64,000 nucleotides of DNA, from contig JANPMA010000299.1 in the NCBI GenBank assembly GCA_031422595.1, positions 3,003 to 67,002 of the forward strand, read 5' to 3'. The notes beneath the pieces are model-generated. The model had not been told where the DNA came from, made no database searches, and saw only the letters and a list, made by a program, of their open reading frames with translations. The translations under genes and the position numbers were made by a program. Below are positions 32,363 to 39,734 of this stretch, piece by piece (the first letter of the stretch is position 1; every line of letters begins with the position of its first letter). The DNA comes from Novosphingobium sp. (GTDB taxonomy: Bacteria > Pseudomonadota > Alphaproteobacteria > Sphingomonadales > Sphingomonadaceae).

Positions 32363-32860
32363 GTGGAGGTTATGCGAAGCACACGCGTCATCCTCATCGC
32401 CGCGATTGCCCTGCTGTCCTGGACTGCGGCCCGGGCCAACGAACGCGGCGTGGTGATCCGTGCAGGCGATCTGTTTGCCGAACCCTTCGTCGATGCAGCC
32501 AAGATCGGTCCGCTCGCCAGCAATCAACCGGTGACGATTATCGAGCGCAAAGGGGGCTGGCTGGCGGTCGAAGTCGCTGGTCGGCGCGGTTGGGTGCGGA
32601 TGCTCAATGTCCGACTGGAAGCGCCGGCAAGACCGGCAGCCAACACAGCTGCGCTGCGCACCGGTAGCACAGGGCGCACGGTAGCGACCGGGGTAAAGGG
32701 TCTTGACGAAATCGACATTCGCAATGCCTCGGTCGATCGTGACCAGCTGGCGCAGCTTGGCCAGCTGGCTGTAAGCAGCGACGACGCGCGCCGTCGCGCC
32801 GTTCTGGACAACCTCAAGGAAGCCAAGGTCGACTATCTGAAACCGGGGAAGGTCAAGTGA
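32363..32860 (+). CDS. Periplasmic bacterial SH3-domain protein
   Basis: A signal peptide is followed by an SH3_3-like segment (VIRAGDLFAEP...VTIIERKGGWLAVEVAGRRGWVRMLNV). The stop overlaps the next start. Confidence 0.6.
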   Translation: MEVMRSTRVILIAAIALLSWTAARANERGVVIRAGDLFAEPFVDAAKIGPLASNQPVTIIERKGGWLAVEVAGRRGWVRMLNVRLEAPARPAANTAALRTGSTGRTVATGVKGLDEIDIRNASVDRDQLAQLGQLAVSSDDARRRAVLDNLKEAKVDYLKPGKVK

Positions 32861-33771
32861 TGCGCGCGCCCCACCCACTTTGGACCTTGGCGGTCATCTG
32901 CGCCTTGGTATCGACTTCGGCTTCGGCCCAGTTCGGTCCGCTGGGCAGCATTCTGGGCAAAGCTCGGTCGGCTCAGAAAATCGGCGAAGGACTGCGTAAC
33001 ATCAACGAACAGGAAGAGATCAAGATCGGCGGCGATCTGGCCGGAATGCTGCTTGGGGCCGCGCCGTTGCTCAAAGATCCGGCCAAGCAGCACTATCTCA
33101 ACACGCTCGGCGGATGGCTGGCGCAGCACAGCGAGCGGCCCGGATTGCCATGGAAGTTCGGCATCGTCGACAGCAATGATTTCAATGCATTTTCAACCCC
33201 GGGTGGCCACATCCTGATCACCCGCGGACTGTTCGATCGCATGCGCAACGAGAGCGAGCTGGCCGGAGTTCTGGCGCATGAGATCGCGCATGTCGTGCGC
33301 AAGCACCACCTCCAGGCGCTCCAGAAAGGTTTGCGCGAACAGTCGCTGAACGAAATGCGAAATTATTTCTCCGTTTCGACTGGAAGCGGGCTTGGCGACC
33401 GGTTCGCGAGCGCCATGCTTAGCGCCGGCAAGGATATGTATATCCGCGGCCTCGACCGGGACGATGAATACGAAGCCGACCGGATGGGCGTGGTGATCGC
33501 AGCCCGGTCGGGCTTTTCGCCTTACGGGCTGGTCGGCGTGCTCCAGACCCTGACCGCGACCACCGACGAGAAGGGCTATGGACTGCACAACCGGACCCAT
33601 CCGCTGCCGCTCGACCGGCTGGCGCATCTGGATGCGGCAATGGGTACGCGGTTTGACAGCATGCAAGGTCTGGTCGACGATGTGCCGAGCTTCGTAACCC
33701 TGCGCAATCCGCCGCCGATCGCGGCCCCGCCGGCACGAACGGCCAAGCCGAAGCGGCCCAAGCGTCCATGA
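32857..33771 (+). CDS. M48-family zinc metallopeptidase (periplasmic)
   Basis: Signal peptide, then FNAFSTPGGHILITRGL followed by HEIAHVVRKHH (HExxH). Both start and stop overlap the neighbouring genes. Confidence 0.8.
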   Translation: MMRAPHPLWTLAVICALVSTSASAQFGPLGSILGKARSAQKIGEGLRNINEQEEIKIGGDLAGMLLGAAPLLKDPAKQHYLNTLGGWLAQHSERPGLPWKFGIVDSNDFNAFSTPGGHILITRGLFDRMRNESELAGVLAHEIAHVVRKHHLQALQKGLREQSLNEMRNYFSVSTGSGLGDRFASAMLSAGKDMYIRGLDRDDEYEADRMGVVIAARSGFSPYGLVGVLQTLTATTDEKGYGLHNRTHPLPLDRLAHLDAAMGTRFDSMQGLVDDVPSFVTLRNPPPIAAPPARTAKPKRPKRP

Positions 33772-36008
33772 TAAAATGGGGCAGGAAACGCCTAGATAGC
33801 CGAGCGCCGGTGCTTGCCGGGGTTGTGCTGGTCGTTCTGGTGGCGGCGCTGCACTTTCTTGGCCTGACCACGCTCGATCGGATCGGGTTGCTGCTGTTCG
33901 ATAGCTATCAACGGGCCGCGCCGCGCGCCTATGAGGATGCCCCAGTAGCCGTTGTCGATATTGACGACGAAAGCATTCGCCGGCTCGGCCAATGGCCCTG
34001 GCCGCGCTCGGACATCGCCAAGCTGACCGATCGGTTGGGGCAAGCCGGGGCTTCGGTGGTGGCTTTCGACGTCGTGTTCTCAGAGCCTGACCGTACCTCT
34101 CCAGCGCGCATCGCCGATCAGGTGGCGCGCGGCGGTGCCGACAGCGCAACGCTCGCTGCGCTGCGCCGCTTGCCCGATCATGACGCCGAACTGGCCCGCA
34201 GCATCGCTGCCACTCCGGTCGTGCTGGGCTATTTTCTGGTCAACGACCGGGCCGGGCCGCAAGTCACCGCCAAGGCGGGATTTGCGATCGGCGGATCGCC
34301 TCCCGGCGAAGTGGTGCCAACGTTCCGCAGCGGAATCCAGTCGCTGCCGGTGCTGAGCGCGGACGCTGCGGGCAGCGGGTCGGTCAGCCTTGCCGCAGAC
34401 AGCGACGGTATCCTCAGGACTGTGCCGTTGCTCGCGCGACAGGGCGACCAGCTGTTGCCCTCGCTAGCGCTCGAAGCGCTGCGGGTAGCGCAGGGAGCGG
34501 GGTCGATCATGGTCAGGACCAGCGATGGCAGCGGCGAGATCGGCGGCACGCCCGGCCGGATCGTGGCGATCAAGGTCGGCCAGTTCGAAATTCCCACGTC
34601 TGATGCGGGCGGGCTGTGGCTGCATTATACCCCGCCGGTGCCGTCCCGGACCATCCCGGCGTGGCAGGTCCTCGACGGTACGCTTCCACCTGCGGAGCTT
34701 GAGACAGCGGTTGCAGGGAAGATCGTCTTTGTCGGAGCCGGGGCGATCGGTCTGCGCGATCTGATCTCGACCCCGCTGCGCGATCACGAGCTTGGCGTCA
34801 TGGCGCATGCCCAGGCCGCCGAGCAGGTAATCCTCGGGCAATTCCTGCAACGGCCCGACTGGGCGCTCGGCCTCGAACGGGTATTGATTCTGGTACTGGG
34901 ACTGGGGCTGGCGCTAATTTTGCCCCGGCTTGGCGCGGCTCGCGGGGCGCTGGTGGTCTTCGGGGCGGTCGGGCTGGTCGGTGCCGGAAGCTGGCTGGCC
35001 TTTACCCAGCGGGGCTTTCTCCTCGATCCGACTTATCCGGTGCTTGGCCTGGTGCTGGTCTACAGCGCCCAGACCGTGCTGGTGTTCTACCGCGAAGAGC
35101 GCCGCCGCGCCTATATCCACAGTGCGTTCGATCGTTTTCTCTCGCCCGAAATGGTCCGGCGGATCGCCGCCGATCCCGACAGGCTCGAATTGGGCGGCGA
35201 AGAGCGCGAGATGACGGTCTTGTTCTGTGATGTGCGCAACTTCTCGGGAATCTCCGAGCATTTAGCCCCCAAGCAGGTGATCGGCTTCCTGATCGCGCTG
35301 CTGACCCCGCTGTGCGACGTCCTGCTGGCGCGCAAGGCAACGATCGACAAGTTCATCGGCGATGCGATCGTGGCGTTCTGGAACGCCCCGCTCGACGACC
35401 CCGACCAGCACCGCAACGCCGCCCGCGCGGCCTTGGAAATGGTGCGCAAACTCGGTGCGCTCAATGCCGGGGAAGGACGCGATCCCGACGCGGCCTGGCC
35501 CGGGCCGGTGCGGATCGGGATCGGGCTCAATTGCGGACTATGCTGCGTGGGCAACATGGGCTCGGCGCAGCGCCTGTCCTATTCGCTGATCGGCGACACG
35601 GTCAATCTCAGCTCGCGGATCGAAGGCCTGACAAAATTTTACGGGGTATCGATCGCGATCGGCAAAGCGCTGCACGATAACCTGGCGGGATTTGCGACCC
35701 TTGAAATGGACCTGGTCCGCGTGGTCGGTCGCGACGCTCCCGAGCGGGTCTTCGTTTTGCTTGGCGAGGAAGAATTGGCTGATTCGCCCGAGTTCGCCGA
35801 TTTGCGCGAGCGGCACAATACAATGCTGGCGGCCTATCGGGCTTCCCAATGGGATGATGCGCGCGCCCAACTGTCCTTTCTCACTGACCACGCCGGGCAA
35901 TTCGGGCTCAGCCAGCTCTACTCGCTGTACGAAACAAGAATCGCGGCGCTGATCGCCGAACCTCCGCCGGCCGGTTGGGATGGAATCTACGAAGCGCGCG
36001 AAAAGTAG
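33768..36008 (+). CDS. CHASE2-sensor class III adenylate/guanylate cyclase (cyclase 2)
   Basis: TM plus CHASE2-like region (VAVVDIDDESIRRLGQWPWPRS), then TM helices and the catalytic domain (VLFCDVRNFS, DKFIGDAIVAFWNAP, SYSLIGDTVNLSSRIEG). It is a paralog of cyclase 1. Confidence 0.85.
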   Translation: MIKWGRKRLDSRAPVLAGVVLVVLVAALHFLGLTTLDRIGLLLFDSYQRAAPRAYEDAPVAVVDIDDESIRRLGQWPWPRSDIAKLTDRLGQAGASVVAFDVVFSEPDRTSPARIADQVARGGADSATLAALRRLPDHDAELARSIAATPVVLGYFLVNDRAGPQVTAKAGFAIGGSPPGEVVPTFRSGIQSLPVLSADAAGSGSVSLAADSDGILRTVPLLARQGDQLLPSLALEALRVAQGAGSIMVRTSDGSGEIGGTPGRIVAIKVGQFEIPTSDAGGLWLHYTPPVPSRTIPAWQVLDGTLPPAELETAVAGKIVFVGAGAIGLRDLISTPLRDHELGVMAHAQAAEQVILGQFLQRPDWALGLERVLILVLGLGLALILPRLGAARGALVVFGAVGLVGAGSWLAFTQRGFLLDPTYPVLGLVLVYSAQTVLVFYREERRRAYIHSAFDRFLSPEMVRRIAADPDRLELGGEEREMTVLFCDVRNFSGISEHLAPKQVIGFLIALLTPLCDVLLARKATIDKFIGDAIVAFWNAPLDDPDQHRNAARAALEMVRKLGALNAGEGRDPDAAWPGPVRIGIGLNCGLCCVGNMGSAQRLSYSLIGDTVNLSSRIEGLTKFYGVSIAIGKALHDNLAGFATLEMDLVRVVGRDAPERVFVLLGEEELADSPEFADLRERHNTMLAAYRASQWDDARAQLSFLTDHAGQFGLSQLYSLYETRIAALIAEPPPAGWDGIYEAREK

Positions 36009-36017
36009 GCCGCAGCC

Positions 36018-36920
36018 CTATGGCTTGACCGGCACTCCGGGCTGATCATTGGGTCCGGGCGCGCTGCCGCCGGTGTTTCTCTTGCCCTTGCCGTTGATTA
36101 CTCCGGGCAATACCCTCAGCGCCCCGCCCAACAACGCCTTACCCAGACCACCGCCGCCTTGATCAGGGAAAACCTGATCATGAAGACCCGATAGGCCACC
36201 CGGCGAAATGCGAAACGGACCTATCGGCGCGGCCCCTGCCCGGGGCACATAGACGGCCTGCATCGGTTCGGTCAGTTCAACAGTGACCCCGCCCGAAGTG
36301 ACCGAGGCAGACCCAATTTCAGCCCCGGGCTCAGTTCCCGGACCCGGTCCGCGCAAGACCACCAGAGTCGCGGTTTTCTTATCAGCATCTGCCTCGCGGA
36401 CTGCTCTATTTTCGTTTTTCGCAATATCGCGAGCGCCCTCCCCGACCACTCCTTCAAGGATCGTTCCGCGGATTCCGATTGTTGCAATTGGCGAGGATAT
36501 CGTTGCGCTATTGCCGCGATTGGGCTGCCCGGACATGAAGCGGAATGAACCGCGCAGCACAGACGCGCCCGAAGTCCGCCCGCGCGACGGATCATAGACG
36601 AAGCGGTCAATCCGCAGCACGGAGTTGGGGCCGATCGTGAAAGTCGATCGATCGAGTAGCAACACTTGCAGTCGGCCGTTCTTGCCGGTTTGAATCAGGT
36701 CAGCCAAGGCGATTCGTTGGCGGACTGAAATGGCTTTGGGCTTGGGCGATTGGGCGTTGCTCAGCTTGACTTGACCAACCACCGCAGCAGCAATGCCGAT
36801 TTGCGCCGCACTGCTTTGAGCATTGGCGATGCCCCAGCTCAACATTGTCGACGCAGCGCCAAGAGCAAGCAAGCCCCGCTTCAAATATCGGGTGCTGGTC
36901 TTTTTTTCCGGCATTTTCAT
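36018..36920 (-). CDS. Secreted FecR-domain protein
   Basis: ATG at 36920 is preceded by GAGGAA. It has a signal peptide (LLALGAASTMLSWGIANA) and a FecR-like beta-rich segment (IQTGKNGRLQVLLLDRSTFTIGPNSVLRIDRF). It converges on cyclase 2. Confidence 0.6.
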   Translation of the reverse strand: MKMPEKKTSTRYLKRGLLALGAASTMLSWGIANAQSSAAQIGIAAAVVGQVKLSNAQSPKPKAISVRQRIALADLIQTGKNGRLQVLLLDRSTFTIGPNSVLRIDRFVYDPSRGRTSGASVLRGSFRFMSGQPNRGNSATISSPIATIGIRGTILEGVVGEGARDIAKNENRAVREADADKKTATLVVLRGPGPGTEPGAEIGSASVTSGGVTVELTEPMQAVYVPRAGAAPIGPFRISPGGLSGLHDQVFPDQGGGGLGKALLGGALRVLPGVINGKGKRNTGGSAPGPNDQPGVPVKP

Positions 36921-37318
36921 TTTGTGGTTCCTCGCGGCGACGCTGCGGGTGCCGCACACACAGCTCGCGCGGCAGCCCATTCCGGCTTTTTGAAATCCTT
37001 GGACTTCAACCTGCCGAATTCGGCAGCCGCACCTTCCTGATCGTCGATCCGGCACAGGATGCTGGCATGGAGCAATTGGGCCGGTTTGTTAGCGGGATCG
37101 GTGAGCAGAACGCGTTCGAGAGTTGCCAGTGCATCGAGCAACGCACCCGATCCCGCTTGCGATCGGGCGAGCGCCAGTCCGTCTGCGGGCTTGGCGCTGG
37201 CCAACACCAATTGATCAAGCGCTTCCAAGGACTGTGCGACGGCGGGTTGCAGCAGGACCGTCGATACCGCCATGAATCCGAATACCGCTGAAACCACCCT
37301 GAATGCATTGCTTGTCAT
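36917..37318 (-). CDS. Small secreted helical (TPR-like) protein
   Basis: 133 aa with a signal peptide (FGFMAVSTVLLQPAVA) and an Ala/Leu-rich helical sequence. The stop overlaps the FecR-domain gene start (ATGA). Confidence 0.5.
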   Translation of the reverse strand: MTSNAFRVVSAVFGFMAVSTVLLQPAVAQSLEALDQLVLASAKPADGLALARSQAGSGALLDALATLERVLLTDPANKPAQLLHASILCRIDDQEGAAAEFGRLKSKDFKKPEWAAARAVCAAPAASPRGTTK

Positions 37319-37575
37319 GATCCCGGCATCCTCTCGCTGACCATATTGAGCACTGAATACATACCACTTGGAGAGTCATCCAGCAATCGAACTCACCACT
37401 GCGGACGAAAGACAAATTGGGCCGTGGCTGGCGCTCTGGTCATCGACGCCACAAAGCTGGGTCTGCTCCTGCTTCGCTTATTGACCGGTCGCAACACCGC
37501 GTATGTTGCCGTGTCCGGACAGGCAGGTTTTGGAGTGAAAGCCTGCTTAGCTGCCACTCAATCTACCCAGGTGCC

Positions 37576-38108
37576 CTAGTCAGCTGCGCCTTTTAGGGGC
37601 CAGTTAAGAATGTCAGCCCCCTTCCGCCGCTGATCGAGACAGTCCGACCACCATTGCGCCATTTCGACGCGCTCTTTCCAATGCGCGCCCCCGGGTGATA
37701 AGCCGCGCGCACTTTGTCAGTGTCGCCATGGGCAAGGGCGCGTTCTATTGCGTCCGGATTCCACTTGCCACTTTCGTTGAGCAGCGTCGACGCCATTGCA
37801 CAGAAGCCGTGGGCGGTCATTTCGTCGGTCGCATGGCCCAGGCGGCGCAGCCCCGCGTTGATCGTGTTGTTGCTCATGGGGCGTCGGCGGGTGCGGACGG
37901 AGGGGAAGACATAACCGCTCGGACCGGTCAGCGGCTGCACGCTCTTTAGGATCACAATGGCCTGGCGCGAGAGCGGAACGAGGTGTTCCTTGCGCATCTT
38001 GGTCTTGGTCGCCGGGATCGTCCACAGCGCCCCAGCCAGATCTATTTCGGACCATTCCGCGTGCCGCAGTTCACCGGGCCGGACGAACACAGGTAGGGCG
38101 AGCTGCAT
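37576..38108 (-). pseudogene. P4-type tyrosine integrase remnant: C-terminal catalytic half only, frameshifted near its 3' end
   Basis: Contains RPGELRHAEWSEIDL, HLVPLSRQA and HGFCAMASTLLNESGKWNPDAIERALAH..VRAAYH. The frame then breaks in the C5G3 run at about 37688-37695. The alternative frame continues ...HWKERVEMAQWWSDCLDQRRKG to a stop at 37576. About 200 N-terminal residues are absent. Confidence 0.75.
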
Positions 38109-38133
38109 CGTGAATTTGGTGATTGGTTGTCCA

Positions 38134-38427
38134 TCACCGCACTACTCGATGAATCGTGCGCCGATAACTATGCGCAACAGTGATCAGCACACCGTCCTCT
38201 GAGGTGATCAGGTAAGCACTTCGTAGTCTTTCGCATGCCTTGAAAATCGCGAGCCCATGATCACTACGAATGTCGGCCAAGGCGTTCTTGGTGAAAATCA
38301 GGCTGTCGATACCGCGATGGGAAGTGCGCCGTTCGCCGCAATGGAACAGCGCCATAACCACGGTCTCGTCAAGACCTCGCTGCTGGATTCTTTGATTGAA
38401 ATGCTTGGTGCGGATTGTGCCATTCAT
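38134..38427 (-). CDS. Small protein, DUF4258-like toxin fold suspected; no partner gene present
   Basis: 97 aa with a strong SD (AAGGAGG) 7 nt upstream. RTKHFNQRIQQRGLDETVVMALF resembles the H..QRM..RGI motif. It lies in a stretch of visibly lower G+C between the integrase remnant and the tRNA. Confidence 0.45.
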   Translation of the reverse strand: MNGTIRTKHFNQRIQQRGLDETVVMALFHCGERRTSHRGIDSLIFTKNALADIRSDHGLAIFKACERLRSAYLITSEDGVLITVAHSYRRTIHRVVR

Positions 38428-38760
38428 GGGGATGACCTCCTTGATGGCTCCCCATGGTAGTCACAAAAAACATTAGGTCAAAAGCACTCGATGCCACCTG
38501 AACAGAGCAGAAGAACCGTCTTCGGCGGAAACGGTCAGGTTGCCTGACCGCTGCGAGAGACCAGGTCGATCGTGGCAGCTGATACAGTTCATCAAGCCGT
38601 TGTTCCCCACCTTTGTAGCCCACTGTCGAGGACGATTTCCCGAACGATTTGAAAGCGTTGTTAGGTCACTGACTGAGCAATCGTGACCCGCTTCTGTGCC
38701 CCAAACGGGCGAATCCACTTGGCTTGTCGCAGATTCTTCTGGCTTTTCTGGGTGTTGGGA

Positions 38761-38786
38761 AGGGCTGGAGCGGGTGAAGGGAATCG
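38761..38786. repeat. tRNA-proximal copy of the direct repeat (candidate att site, includes the tRNA 3' end)
   Basis: agggctggag cgg gtgaagggaa tcg. Positions 38766 onward form the 3' acceptor and T-arm of tRNA-Gly. The repeat partner is at 11384-11406. Confidence 0.55.
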
Positions 38787-38839
38787 AACCCTCGTATTCA
38801 GCTTGGGAAGCTGCTGCTCTACCATTGAGCTACACCCGC
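38766..38839 (-). tRNA. tRNA-Gly (anticodon CCC)
   Basis: The minus strand reads GCGGGTGTAGCTCAATGGTAGAGCAGCAGCTTCCCAAGCTGAATACGAGGGTTCGATTCCCTTCACCCGCTCCA. It has a 7-bp acceptor stem, GCTC/GAGC D-stem, anticodon loop TTCCCAA, GGTTCGATTCC T-arm and an encoded CCA. Confidence 0.9.
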
Positions 38840-38945
38840 TCGGGCGGCTGCGCCCTTGCCATGGGCGCGGCTGGCGGTCAACTGAGTCGGCGAAGGGAGA
38901 ACCCGGGTCGCGTCCTTTGGGAAGCGCGTGCCTAATTGGCGCCTG

Positions 38946-39734
38946 CTAGAGCCGCACCCGCGCGCTTTGGCCGTCGTCGATCCGGATCGTTGCGCCGGTG
39001 ACGCATTCGCTGGCCGGGGCGACCAGGTAGAGCAGGGTCGAATCCATCTGTTCGGGCACCGGCACGCGCTTGCGGGGCAAGTGCGGGGCAGGATCGCCGC
39101 CCATCCGCGCGAACATCCCGTCGGTCATTTCCGAGACGAACATGCCCGGCGCGATCGCGTTGACGTTGATCCCGTAGTGCGCCCACTCGACGCTGAGCGC
39201 CTCGGTCATCCGGGCGATCGCGGTCTTGGTAACGGCATAGAGCGCCGCCCCGCCGCCATCATAGCGGAAATGCGCGACCGAGCTGATGTTGACGATCCGC
39301 CCGGGTTTGCCCGCTGCGATCAGCCGCCGCGCAACTTCGCAGGCGAGGATCCACGGGCCCCGCAGGTTGACCCCCAGCACCTGGTCGATCAGTTCGGTGC
39401 TCATCTTGTGGGCGCGCTGGGCGTCGGGCATCCCGGCGTTGTTGACCAGGACATCGATCGTGCCGAAGGCCTGCTCGCCGGCCTCGACCGCAGCGACCAG
39501 GCTGTCAGCATCGGTCGCGTCCATCTGCACCGCGACTGCCCGGCCGCCCTGCGCGCGGATCTTTTCGGCCAATGCCTCAAGCCGGTCGAGCCGCCGCGCA
39601 GCCAAGACCACCGAAGCACCCTGGCTGGCCAGCACTTCGGCGAACCGCGCGCCGAGCCCCGAGGAAGCGCCGGTGACCAGCGCGACCCGGCCGGTCAGGT
39701 CGGTCGAATTGTAAGGCAGGGGGTAGTCGCTCAT
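38946..39734 (-). CDS. SDR-family oxidoreductase
   Basis: Starts MSDYPLPYNSTDLTGRVALVTGASSGLG (TGxxxGxG). Contains NNAG and the YAVTK catalytic Y-x3-K. The start overlaps the upstream gene's stop. Confidence 0.85.
   Translation of the reverse strand: MSDYPLPYNSTDLTGRVALVTGASSGLGARFAEVLASQGASVVLAARRLDRLEALAEKIRAQGGRAVAVQMDATDADSLVAAVEAGEQAFGTIDVLVNNAGMPDAQRAHKMSTELIDQVLGVNLRGPWILACEVARRLIAAGKPGRIVNISSVAHFRYDGGGAALYAVTKTAIARMTEALSVEWAHYGINVNAIAPGMFVSEMTDGMFARMGGDPAPHLPRKRVPVPEQMDSTLLYLVAPASECVTGATIRIDDGQSARVRL

Larger units (their letters stand above)
11384..38839. mobile_element. Putative decayed tRNA-Gly-integrated genomic island (about 27.4 kb)
   Basis: A direct repeat of the tRNA 3' end lies at both borders. 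An integrase pseudogene and an orphan toxin-like gene lie next to the tRNA. A nuclease remnant and an AT-rich stretch lie at the distal border. Confidence 0.5.

Noticed and set aside
37385-37392. aatcgaac, an 8-nt match to the tRNA T-arm region, considered as an alternative att repeat closer to the tRNA.
   Set aside because: Only 8 nt match and the flanks are unrelated, which is expected by chance. The copy at 11384-11406, with two exact 10-mers, is far stronger.
37346-37579. A 77-aa plus-strand ORF between the TPR-like gene and the integrase remnant.
   Set aside because: It has no SD and no recognisable motif, and its 3' end overlaps the restored reading frame of the integrase pseudogene. 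It lies in degraded DNA.
38369-38718. Minus-strand ORFs of 84 and 81 aa upstream of the toxin-like gene, considered as a possible antitoxin or integrase N-terminus.
   Set aside because: The translations show no HTH, antitoxin or integrase-arm motifs that I could recognise. One overlaps the SD and start of the 97-aa gene. I treat the region as non-coding scar.
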